Part shown: piece after piece, positions 47,101-58,272 of the stretch
How the letters are laid out: each line of letters starts with the position of its first letter
Numbering within the stretch: position 1 is the first letter of the stretch
Source of the DNA: Eledone cirrhosa
Lineage: Eukaryota
DNA: 64,000 nucleotides
Assembly (NCBI GenBank): GCA_964016885.1
Contig: OZ024742.1
Coordinates: 256,928,001 to 256,992,000, forward strand
Direction of reading: 5' to 3'
Notes under the pieces: generated by a model
What the model was told of the DNA's origin: nothing
The model's database searches: none
What the model saw: the letters and a program-made list of their open reading frames with translations, nothing else
Made by a program: the position numbers and the translations under genes

Positions 47101-47641
47101 AGGATGTCAACCAAATCTTGTCCTAGCCCGTCAGCATTCATCTCCTCAGTGGCCGTATCTCTGTTCCAGGTATTATTTATCTCAGTATTCAGATCATTGT
47201 TTGCTTCGGGTGGTTCCTCCGTTCTCTCGACCTCTTCACCTTCATTTCCTACTGGCTCGTTTGCCTGGCATACTCCACCCTCCATCTCCAAGCTAATCTC
47301 TCTGCTCAGTTCCTCCAGTTCCAACTTGCTTATCCACCCATTAGTTCTTATTACCCGAGCCTGCCCGGCCAATTTTTGTTCATCTAATTTAAAAAGACCA
47401 ATCTCGTTCCAGATGTTATGCATCCGTCTCCTATAGCCCCTCTCCTTGGGGTTACTTTTCAGGTAACATTGTATAACAGTTCTATTCAATTCTTTCGTCC
47501 AGTTGGTTCTGGTCCCTTTCCTTCTTCCTCTTCCTCCGACACTAGCAGTATTTGGTTGACAGCCAGGTCCCTGCTGCTGAGCCAGGGAGCACCTGTTGGG
47601 TGAGAGTCTGTCACATGACGTTCTAGTCTTCATTTCACCGT
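44187..47641 (-). mobile_element. Near full-length R4/Dong-clade RLE non-LTR retrotransposon, frameshifted (ORF ~47640 to 44266)
   Basis: NWKSPGPDGVQGYWIK, NYRPITCL, EQKGC, DQLLIDK, WIDYRKAFDMVPH, RGIFQGDSLSPLLF, HLLFMDDLKL, CRICG, NRPD, IPIVIGALG. 3' tail (TAA)n at 44164-44186. Confidence 0.94.
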
Positions 47642-48646
47642 TATTCAAACTGTTTAGGTTCGACGTTTAAACACTCTTATCGAGGATTCACCGTATCCGG
47701 TAGTTGCGTCGCTCCACGTGGCCCTTGTGTGGCATTATCACGCTGTAGATGAACACAAATAAACAAACAAACAAACAGGCAGAAAAAAACCCCAAAAATG
47801 AATAAGCATAAGTTTCATTGTAATGTAGTGTTCGAAAGTCTGACTTAGTTTTTCCCTTCCCTTCTCTGTCCGTCCGTTTGTTTCTCTCTTCATTCTTATT
47901 TTCTTTACGTTTCTTTTGTTTTTGTTTTTTCTCTGTTTGTTTTTTTTGTTGTTGTTGCTGTGCTGCTTTGGTTTTGATTTTTTTTTTTTTTTTAGTCTAT
48001 CTATATATGTTGATGCCTTCCTCTATTTTAGTAGGACTTCTATAATGTGGTGGCGTTGCTGTGCTAGCAGCAACTAGCAGGAGGCAATGGGAGAGAATAG
48101 CGGCGGTAGCGATAATGAGGCAGTGGTGGTGGTGATGTGATCGTATTACTGTAGTGATGGTGTTGTAGCGGTGGTAGCATTGATGGAGTGATGGCGGCGG
48201 TGATGGGATAGTGGTAGTAATGATGGATGGGCGGCGGCGGCGGTGACTGTAGTAATGGCGTTGTCGTTACTGATGTCCGTTCGGTGAATCTATGGGATTA
48301 GTCGCGTACATGTGTTGACATAAATTCCCTTAATGTTGGAATTAAACATTTTGTTAAAACTTGGGACAATAATAATAGGAATTATTATTATCCTTATTAT
48401 GTTGAGATTGGTTGTGCTGGTGGTGAAATTGCCGTTATCTGGGTGTTGTGTTTAGTGTACACAGAGGGGTGATGGAATAGGTGGTGTATCTAGTTTCTGG
48501 TGTTGGTGAAATTGTTGTTGTTTGGCTGTTCTATATAGTGTAGACAGAGGAGGGGGGTTCTTCTTCTTCCATTTATAGCCATTTTCTTTTTTTGAATATA
48601 CAATGTACAATACAAAGTTGAATATTTGAGCCTTATAACAATATAT
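47642..48646 (-). mobile_element. Non-autonomous element X, minus copy
   Basis: Reverse complement is homologous to 49098-50005 (shared aatatattgttataaggctcaaat start and ...gataagagtgtttaaa..cgaac.taaacagtt.gaataa end). Confidence 0.75.
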
Positions 48647-48948
48647 ATTAGTTCTTATTACCCGAGCCTGCCCGGCCAATTTTTGTTCATCTAATTTAAA
48701 TAGACCAATCTCGTTCCAGATGTTATGCATCCGTCTCCTGTAGCCCCTCTCCTTGGGGTTACTTTTCAGGTAACATTGCATAACAGTTCTATTCAATTCT
48801 TTCGTCCAGTTGGTTCTGGCCCCTTTCCTTCTTCTTCTTCCTCCAACATCAGCAGTATTTGGTTGACAGTCAGGTTCCTGCTGCTGAGCCAGGGGGCACC
48901 TGTTGGGTGAGAGTCTGTCACATGACGTTCTAGTCTCGATTTCACCGT
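48647..48948 (-). repeat. ~300-bp direct duplication of R4 segment 47340-47641
   Basis: attagttcttattacccgagcc...catgacgttctagtct..atttcaccgt at both places, with roughly a dozen substitutions. Confidence 0.95.
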
Positions 48949-50014
48949 GAAGAAGACGCACGAGGTGGCGGAGGTCATGAAATCGCTCCCGTAAGTTTTG
49001 AATTTTTAACATATTTAAATCATTTCTGAAATAACAACTCTTAGTACAAATGCTACGTAAAGCACCCGGCTTGAGCCCCAAAAAATTCGGACCCAAAATA
49101 TATTGTTATAAGGCTCAAATTTTCAAATATTCAACTTTGTATTGTACACTGTATATCCATAAAAGAAAATGGCCATAAATGGAAGAAGACCCCCCCCCTC
49201 CTCTCCTCTGTCTACACTATATAGAACAGCCAAACTCACCAACACCAGAAACTAGATACACTATATAGAACAGCCAAACTCACCAACACCAGAAACTAGA
49301 TACACCACCCACCTCATCACCTGTGTACACTAAACACAACAGCCAGATAACGGCAATTTCACCACCACCGCTCACTACTGCCATCATTACCACCACTATC
49401 CCATCACCGCCGCCACCACTCTTCACTCCTTCACTGACCACCACTGCCTCGGTATCGACATCACCACCACCACTGTCTCAGTATCGCTACCGCCGCCAGT
49501 CCACCAACCCTTCAGCTGGCTGCTGCCACCACATTATAGAATTCCTACTACTAAAAAAGAGGAAGGCATCAAAATATATAGATAGACTCAAAAGAAAAAA
49601 GAAAAAACAAACAACAAAACCAAAGCAGCACAGCATCAACAGCAAAAAACGAGAAAAACAAACAGAGAAAAACAAAAACAAAAAAAAAACAAAAAACGTA
49701 AAGAAAATAAGAATGAAGAGAGAAGCAGGCGGACGGACAGAGAAGAGGGGGGGGGGGGGGAACTAAAACTAAAAAAACAAAAACTAAGTCAGACATTCGA
49801 ACACTACATTACAATGAAACTTATGCTTATTCATTTTTGGGGCCCTTTCTGCCTGTGTGGTTGTTTATGTGTGTTCGTATACAGCGTGGTGATAATGCCA
49901 CACAAGGGCCAAGTGGAACGGCGAATCCACAGACGGCTATGTAACCATACATTCGCCAATCCTCGATAAGAGTGTTTAAATATCGAACATAAACAGTTCG
50001 AATAATAATAATAA
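48949..50014 (+). mobile_element. Non-autonomous element X, plus copy, with an (AAT)n tail
   Basis: 5' region resembles the Tx1 5' UTRs (gctcccgtaag; gagccccaaaa). Thr/Pro- and Lys-rich low-complexity body, tandem duplication near 49213-49305, ends aataataataat. Confidence 0.65.
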
Positions 50015-50244
50015 TTATTATTATTATTGAATGCCATGGTTGACGGAGGCTCGGCTCTGTAAGGTATAGTAACTTTTAACCGTTAAAACAATTGTAAATT
50101 GTTTAAAACTTGAACCAAATTGTTGATAAAGACACCCTCCTCCTCGTGAGAGGGGTCTTTCTGTCCGTTATTTGGCCCTTCGGGGTTAAATAACCAGTTA
50201 TTGGGGTTTTGTACCCAAAATTTCATTTTAAACAAAAAAACAAC

Positions 50245-52341
50245 ATGGCTACGAAAAAGAAATTTCATACGTCACTCCCACTCATTCCGTCTTCTTCTTC
50301 CTCAATCATCACTACAGCAGAGAGAAGATTGTCTCTCTCCCTCCCTTCTTTAAATATGTCTCTCTCCCTCCCTTCTCTTTCGCAAGTGACGAAAGAAAAG
50401 AAAAGTCTCGTGCAACGCATGCAAAGTTTCTCCACGACGACGACGAGAGCAACGAAACAGGTGTGCGGGAAATACGAAAACCCAGTTCATTCGTCTGACG
50501 TCAGGAATAATAGCAGTAGCAGCCGTAATAACAACAGCAACAGTGACAATGAAAACAACAGTAGCAGCCGCAACAGCATCACCAGCAGCATAAACAACAA
50601 CAGCATTAGCAGCAGCAACACCAACAACAACCACAGCAACAGCGGCGGAGGCAGTAGTCGTAGTACCTGCAGCAACAACAAAAGTATCAGCAGCTCTGAC
50701 GACAACAACAACAGCAGAGAAAAACCAATCTCATTTGCAGGTATTGCGAAAAACTTGGAAACAATCCTCATAACAAATGAGGAATTAGAGGAAGCGAAGA
50801 AGATGGTGACAAAGAACGGACACCGAGCAATCTGCAAGGCAGCGGAAAAAATTTTCGAAACCCAAGAGCACTGTACGGTCACGTACCGTACAGTAAGTAC
50901 AAAATCCCGTAGGGTGGAAAGAGCCACAGAGGCCCAAATACAAAAAGCCTTGGGGTCTGTGTGGCAGCGGAAAATGCACATCACCCGAGGCAAAAAATAT
51001 GCCACCGTAGACGTACTTTTTGCCACACCCCAGGAAGCAAAGGCCCAATCAGTAGTGACCCTAAGGAGCGAGGAAATGGTGTTGGTGCCCTCCTACTGTG
51101 GGCAAAAAATTGTGAGGGTCAAACTGACCCACGTCCCCCCCGGAATGACCCCTTCTTGGCTGGCCGCGTCTGTCCTCGTCGGAATCGAGGACAAAACAAC
51201 TGTACTGCAAGTACAGAAAAAAGTAAGAGAAGATTGGGTCGGCTCCTCCATTGAGATGCTAATCTAAACCAACCAGGAGTGCATCGAAGCTATCCCGGAT
51301 GTGATAGACTTCGATAACGGCACTCAACTGCCCATAAGTGTTGAGGGCAAGCGCCCGAAATGCTTTCGCTGTGGATCGAAGACTCACCTCAGGGCCTTCT
51401 GCAACGAGAAAACCCTGAGAAAGGAGAACACCCCCCTCCTTCCGAATCCGGCTCCACGGCTACCAGCAACAGGACAAGCGGCAACCAGGAACGATAGGCC
51501 CGTGGCACCCATACCCACTGCACGGAAATCAAACACAGCAGCAGCAGTGGAAATACTAACAACAACAACAGCAATACCAAATGCAGCTGCAACAGAGACT
51601 CCAGTGCAAACATCACCAACCACAACAAGTGAAAGAGTGGAGCTGGTACCCCTCCCCGACCTCACAGAATCAGACATGGAGTGTGAGGTGGGAGAGAGAT
51701 GGCAAAAGGTCGTAAGAAGGCACAAACGCAGAAGCAGCGCATCGTCGCCTTTGAAAAGGGAGGAAAGAAATGAGAAAAGGGTAAAGTCTACTGCAAAGAG
51801 ACGCACAGCAGCAACAACACCAACACCATCACCACCCACACTAGCGCCACCATCACCACCGGCGACAACCCCACCGCCAACAACACCTTCAACACCACCA
51901 CCACAAGTACCAACATCGCAAACACAACAACAAAACACACACACCCAGCAACAACGACAAGAAAATAGCAGAACCACACCCCACCCACAGAAAAACAAAT
52001 GCACGGCAATAAATACACACAACAAGAAACTAATGACTTACATAATTGAACACACAGACATTTCACAACAGGACTACATAATACCAGCACCAATCAAAAC
52101 GCCAACTAACATAAGACTGCTAAAAATAGCACAGAAACAATACACAAATATCAAAACGAAATTCCCCAACGCAGTTGGTGATTTCAGGGACCTAGGAGGA
52201 ACCATCAATCGAAGAGTATACTCAGACATTCTCTTAGAAGAGCCGACGACCAGCCGAAGGGACGATTCAACGGTCCCTTCACCAGACGATCAAGTGAAAA
52301 GGGATGTAAAAACCATCCCTCCTCTACCAAAAGTACGGTAA
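50245..52341 (+). pseudogene. Tx1 ORF1 (gag-like, CCHC zinc knuckle), one in-frame stop at 51265-51267
   Basis: ORFs 50209-51267 and 51301-52341 share a frame. CFRCGSKTHLRAFC knuckle, Ser/Asn- and Pro/Thr-rich tracts. Confidence 0.88.
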
Positions 52342-52376
52342 GTGGTCTTTCCCATCTGTTCCACTCTATTTTAAAC

Positions 52377-55300
52377 ATGACCTCACTCAGAATAGGCAGC
52401 ATAAATGCGCGTGGCTTGGGGTCGTCATGGAAGCAGGGTCACCTGCTCAACGACCTCAGGTCACTAAACATAGATGTAGTGGCCATCAGCGAGACCAGAA
52501 TCTCCGAAGCACGGGCCTTCGCACCGATCTTCGGCGGCTACGATGTGTACGCATCTCCCAGCCGTCCGGGATCGGGGGGAGGAGTTGCTGTGCTTTTTCG
52601 GAGAGGTTTGGATCTCGCCATACGGGCCATCTTCCTGGACCCAGAGGGTAAGCTGGTGGTGCTGGACGTGACCAGCGGAGACGGGCAAGCTTTCAGGCTA
52701 GTGGCCGTCTATGCCCCGACAGGAGCAGGGCGGCCTGATTTCTTCCGGCGTCTGGAGACCTTTCTTGGAACGTCCCGCTCTTTAGTGTTAGTGGGCAACT
52801 GGAACGGGATCTTAGATGCACGCTGGGACTGTGTGGGATTAGCGGATAGGGGTGGAGGGTGCAAGAGCCTCACCAACCTGCTCAGGCGTTTTGAACTGTC
52901 TGACAGGTACCGATTGGATTCCCGAATGTGCCAATGTGGACTTGGACAAACCGCATAGGGTCATCCAGATCGTATCTAGATAGAGTATTTTGTAGGGAAA
53001 TAGATAGGTCTAGCATAGGCTGTCCACAATTCAAGATAGTCAGCTACACGGACCACAAATTCGTGACCTGTGTGCTTGACTTAGATAGGCTTCATAGACG
53101 AGGACCCGGCTACTGGAAGCTAAACGCGTCCTTACCAGCGCGCAAGGCCTACAGAGACCGGATTAGCGAACTAGTTAAGCGGGCGTTGACGGGGGCCATC
53201 GTCAACAAAAAGTGGTGGTTTGCTCTGAAAAGAGCGATTAGAATAGAATCGATTAGGTTTAGTAAGGCTTTAGCAATAGAGAAAAATAGAGCAGAGGGAG
53301 GACTAGTTAGAAAATTAGACGAGGCGCTTAGCAAAGGCATTGCGACCGACGTGCTTGCGGCGAAATTGGCCCTTGACCAATTCTTCAATGCAAAGCACGA
53401 AGGCTGCGTTGTCAGAGCTAGGGTGCGTGCTCTCAGACACGAGGGGACGAAAGCCGTTCAATGGGCCCGAGTGGCGGAGGCGCGTCGTGGCAACAAAGCC
53501 AGGATCCGGTCTTTGGTGGACCACGACGGGCGCATGCTACTCGATCCCGGGCAAATGTGTGAAGCTTTTCAGCGACACTTCGCTCAGCTGTTCGGGGGCA
53601 GCGGTGGGCCGGGTAGAGGGATGGACTTTAGTGTCTACCTCGACGGACTGCCGCGGCTCTCGGCCACTGAGGCGAAGTGTTGCGAAAAGCCGATAACAGC
53701 CGCTGAAGTAAGGGAGGCAATGACTGGCTGCACAAGGGGTAAATCGCCTGGTTTGGATGGTCTGCCCTATGAACTTTACGTACAGATGCCAGACTTGTTC
53801 GGAGGCCTCTTGGCCGACGTCTACTGCAACTGGCAACAGAACGGGAGAATTCCCAGTTCTGTGAGCCGAGGAGCGGTGGCACTGCTGAGAAAGGATCCGA
53901 ACAAGGGGGATAACATAGACAATTTCCGCCCCATAACTCTGCTAAACACAGAGTTCAAGATTTTGGCCGAGGTGCTAGCAAAGAGGTTGGCGCTTGTCGT
54001 TGGTGGTCTGGTGGGAGAGGCGCAGACATGCGCCATTCCCGACAGATCCATCCACGACAACCTCCACCTCATGCGATACAACATAGAGAGGGTAGCTAGG
54101 GAACCTGGCACGGGTGGGTCCTTGATCAATTTAGATCAGTCGAAAGCTTTCGATAGGGTCGACCATCGTTACCTACGGCCGTCCTGAGGGCGGCTGGCTT
54201 TAGGCCCGTCTTCAGAGGCTGGATCGCTGCCATGCACAGCGACATCTGCTCTGTGGTGAGAGTGAACGGTCACCTGTCGGAACCGTTCAACCTCATGCGC
54301 TCGGTCCGCCAAGGATGTCCCCTCTCGTCTCTCTTTTACGTATTGACTCTCGAGCCATTACTGCACAACCTGGAGACGTTGAGGGGAGTCCCGCGCGAAC
54401 TAGGATGCGGAAGATCCGTGTCAGCATATGCGGACGATGTCACCGTAGTGGTGTCGAACGCCAAACACATCGAGGCGATCGGCACTACACTAAGAGAATA
54501 CGAAGCGGTGACAGGAGCAATGATCAACCAGGAAAAGTCAGTGGGCCTGCAGCTCGGCACCTGGAGAGGCAGGTCCAAGCCGTCCAACAGCGTCGTCGGG
54601 CGCTGGACGGACGGACCGATTAAATTGCTAGGGGTCTGGTTCGGTCCCGACCTCCAGACGGACAAAAACTGGGACGAGGTGACGAGCAGGGTGGCTTCTC
54701 TCACCCAGAAATGGGCGGAGAGGAAGCTATCCCTGAAAGGTAGAGCGGAGGTGGCTAACGCGTACATCGCGTCTGTCATCTGCTACCGCCTGACCGTCGT
54801 ACCTTGTCCTAAGCCTCGCCTGACTGCGCTGGAGCGTTTGCTCTTTCGCTTTTTGTGGAAGGGACGTGCTCCGATGGTCAGGCGGTCCATCTGTTGTCAA
54901 CACCCGCTACGTGGAGGGCTGGGCATGCCGTGGCTGATGATGCGCAGGCACGCGCTCAGGCTACGACATCTCCACCTCTTCCTCGACGGTGATCAGGTGT
55001 GGTCGCCGTTTGCTAGGCGCGTATTTCCCCAGCTCGTTTCCTTGACGGAGCTGCAGTCCTGGGTCAAGCGAAGACCGAGAGGGAGCGCCTGGAGACTGGA
55101 ATGTCTTCAGGCGCTCACAGCCCTCGACCAATCGGGCAATGTGATCGGTGGAAACTCCACCTCGGCGTTCTATAGAGGATTAGTGGAGGGGAAGAGCGAC
55201 GACGTACTTGGGGAAACTCTAGGCGTCGACGAAAATCAACTAGCCAATCTCTTCGGAAGAACTTTCGGGCCGGGGCCTATGGACAACTTCCAGAAATCTC

Positions 55301-55794
55301 TGGCCTGGCAGTGCTACCGAGGAGCCTTGCCAGTTCGGGATAAACTCTACAGGCATGGAGGTGCCGTCAGCCGGGCATGTCCGAGATGCGCGCAGGGCGA
55401 CGAAACCGTCCTGCACGCACTCGTCCAGTGTCCGAAAATTGCTGACTTGTGGGTTTATGTCGAACACCTGCTGTCGCGTTTAGGACGGATCCGGCTATCA
55501 TCTGAGTCGATCGTGAGGATTACCCCGCCCTCCTCCTTTAGCCGGGAATGGTAGGCAGTTTTTATCTGTCTGGTGGCCATGGCGAAAGAGATAGTATGGT
55601 GGACACGTTTGAAAGGGCTGAAGACGAGCACTTACCTCTTCGGTGATGCTCTGATTGACATTTTCAAATTTCATTTGAAAAGGAAAATCAGAGTAGAGAG
55701 GGAAGTGCTCTCTTCCCAGCATTTTGTTGAAAGATGGGTGAGAGAAGCAAGAATGGCCCGAGTGAATGGGCCTACTCTGAGTATATATCTGTAA
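52377..55794 (+). pseudogene. Tx1 ORF2 (APE endonuclease, RT, Cys-rich C-terminus); frameshifts ~52920 and ~54175, stop at 55552
   Basis: SINARGL, ISET, VYAP, GNWN, SYLDR, TDHK, GYWKLN, GKSPGLDGL, NFRPITLLN, QSKAFDRVDH, RQGCPLS, YADD, CPRC. Confidence 0.96.
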
Positions 55795-56053
55795 ATTAAA
55801 GGTGGAAAACTGGGAGAGGGCACTTGCCTTGGTGGTCAGGGTCATTGTGGCTTTTTACTGGGCTTTCTCCACAAATGTCCCTCCGAAGTTTCCCCCCTAT
55901 TGGGGAATTTTTCATTGTTATTTTCATTGTTATTTTTGTTACATCCTCTGTTTTTGTTTTTTACACGCAGAAATGCCCATTTGTACCGTCCTGCATTGTC
56001 CTGCACTGTCCTTAATGTCTACTTTATGTAAACCCTTGTGGTTAATAAAGAAA

Positions 56054-56109
<56 letters not shown>

Positions 56110-56289
56110 GGCGACTATCATCGTGAGCTCCGCAAAGGTTTGTTAAAAATTGCCATTTATGGAAAATTTTATTGTTAACTGTTTATAAGCACACATATAT
56201 TGTTTTCCGAAAAGGACACCCAAAAATATTGGGGACTTGTGCCCAAAATTTTAACTTTTATTATTATCCAAAAATTTCTTTGAAAAAAA

Positions 56290-58238
56290 ATGGCTAATTC
56301 CCCTCTGCACGAAGCAGCTGAAAGCCTTCCTCACAAAATAACACCTCACACCGACACCACCATTGTAAATGTTACTACGTTTGCCAACACAAAAAAAAAT
56401 ATAAGCACTAGCAATATTTTAAATTTGTCTCAGGCAGACATTCATTTCCCGCCATTACCAATGACTGCAGGTGTTAAAGCCTCCACCACCACCACCACCG
56501 CGACAACAGAAACAAAAGAAGAAAAAAATAAATTAACTCGTGATGTCGAAATGAAATCAAGCAAAATGGACTCTTCCCCACCAAAGACGACTGACGTCAC
56601 CACCACCACAACTGAAACTAAAATTAATATTAACGATAGCAACAACAACAACAATGTCATGATAACCCCCCCCCCTCCCCTCAGTTTCGCCAGAGTAGCA
56701 AAACAATCCGAAGCTTTTACGATAACTCAGGCGGATTTAGAAAATGCCAAACGAATGGTAAAGAAAGATGGGTACAGGGTCAGGCGCACCCCCCACCTAA
56801 TAAAATGGAGCATCGGCGCCTATGCACCGTGTCGTATAGAACAATAAATGTAAAATCGCGCCGAGTGGAACGGGCATCCGAGTCCCAAATCCAAAAAGCT
56901 TTGAGACATGTGTGGGCAAGAAAAACCCACATCAGACGTGGGCAAAAGTATGGAACCGTGGATGTGTTCTTTGAAACACCAGAGGAGGCTAGAGAACACT
57001 CCATGGCCCCATTAAAAAGTGACAATTTCACACTCGTCCCAAGCTATTGTGGCCAGAGACTCGTTAAGATCAGGGTGACCCACGTTCCACCGGCCATCGA
57101 AATTCCCTGGCTAATAGCGGCTGTCCTCGCCGGCATCGAAGCCAACACGAAAATAATAGCAATAGCAAAAGAAAAGCAGGAAAACTGGTCCGGATCTGGG
57201 ATGGAGCTCCTGATCCAAGCGGACCAAAAAAGCATTGAGGAGATCCCAGAGGTAATAGACCTCACTGACGGCAGCCACCTCACGGTAATTGTCGAGGGCA
57301 GAAGACCTAGGTGTGTCGTTTGTGGTGAAGGAACCCACCTAAGGGCTTTCTGCCCTCAGGCTAAAAGGTTGAGGCCACCTCTCCTACCCACCCCAGTGAC
57401 ACAACCATCAACACCACCAGTAGCAGAGATGGCAGCAACAACTGTAGCAGCAACAACAGAAGCAACTATAACAGCAACAACCCCAGCAACAGTAGCAAAA
57501 CCAACACCACTACTACCACCAGCAAAACCAACACCACCACCACCCAACGCTTCAGAACTAGCACCAGCGCTTACACCATCCACCACACCACAACTAAAAC
57601 TAACGGCTGTGGAGCAATTTTCCACTCCCCGGCCTATCACAACTGGAGACAGATTGTGACGACGAGGAGTAGGAAACGATATCCGGAAAAAAAAATAAAT
57701 TCTCTTCCTTCCCCCTCCAAAAACAAAATACAGAGGGAAACAAATAAACTAAGAAACAAAAAAGTTAGGACAGATATGCCACCATCCACACCAGCATCAC
57801 CAACCCCTTCAACCCAAACACCAACACCATCACCATCATTAACTCCAACACCACCATCACCTACACCACAAAAGTCACCAAAATGCGAAACAGAAACAAA
57901 CCCACAACAAACGCAAACAAAAAAAAAACAACCAAAACGATACACACTACACAGCATTAAATTTGAACAACAAGCAATTATTACACTACATCCAACACAA
58001 CACCAGCATCACAGAAAAATACTACACAACAACCCCAAAATTCACACCACCTCCACACATACAAATCACTCGCATCACACAGAAAACGTACATGACACTA
58101 AAACAAAAATTCCCCAAAGACATCGGAGACTTCCGACAAGCACTCTTCAGGAAGATTTATAATGACATCCTTCCTGAGGAGGCCACAAGCAGTGAAAAGG
58201 ATGGAAAAACCGTCCTTCCCCTACGAGAAGTAAGGTAA
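56290..58238 (+). pseudogene. Tx1 ORF1 of a different type from copy A, frameshifted
   Basis: Pieces 56290-56847, 56805-57659, 57656-58162 and 57963-58238. CVVCGEGTHLRAFC knuckle. Confidence 0.87.
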
Positions 58239-58272
58239 GTGGTCTTTCCCATCTTGTCCACTCCTTTTCAAC

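Larger units (their letters stand above)
50029..56055 (+). mobile_element. Full-length Tx1-clade LINE, copy A, flanked by (TTA)n
   Basis: 5' UTR, ORF1, ORF2, 3' UTR with AATAAA at 56044, then (ATT)n 56056-56109. Confidence 0.95.

Noticed and set aside
51265-51267. Programmed readthrough of the TAA inside ORF1 of copy A
   Set aside because: The aligned codon in copy B is CAA (Gln), so a C-to-T decay mutation is simpler.
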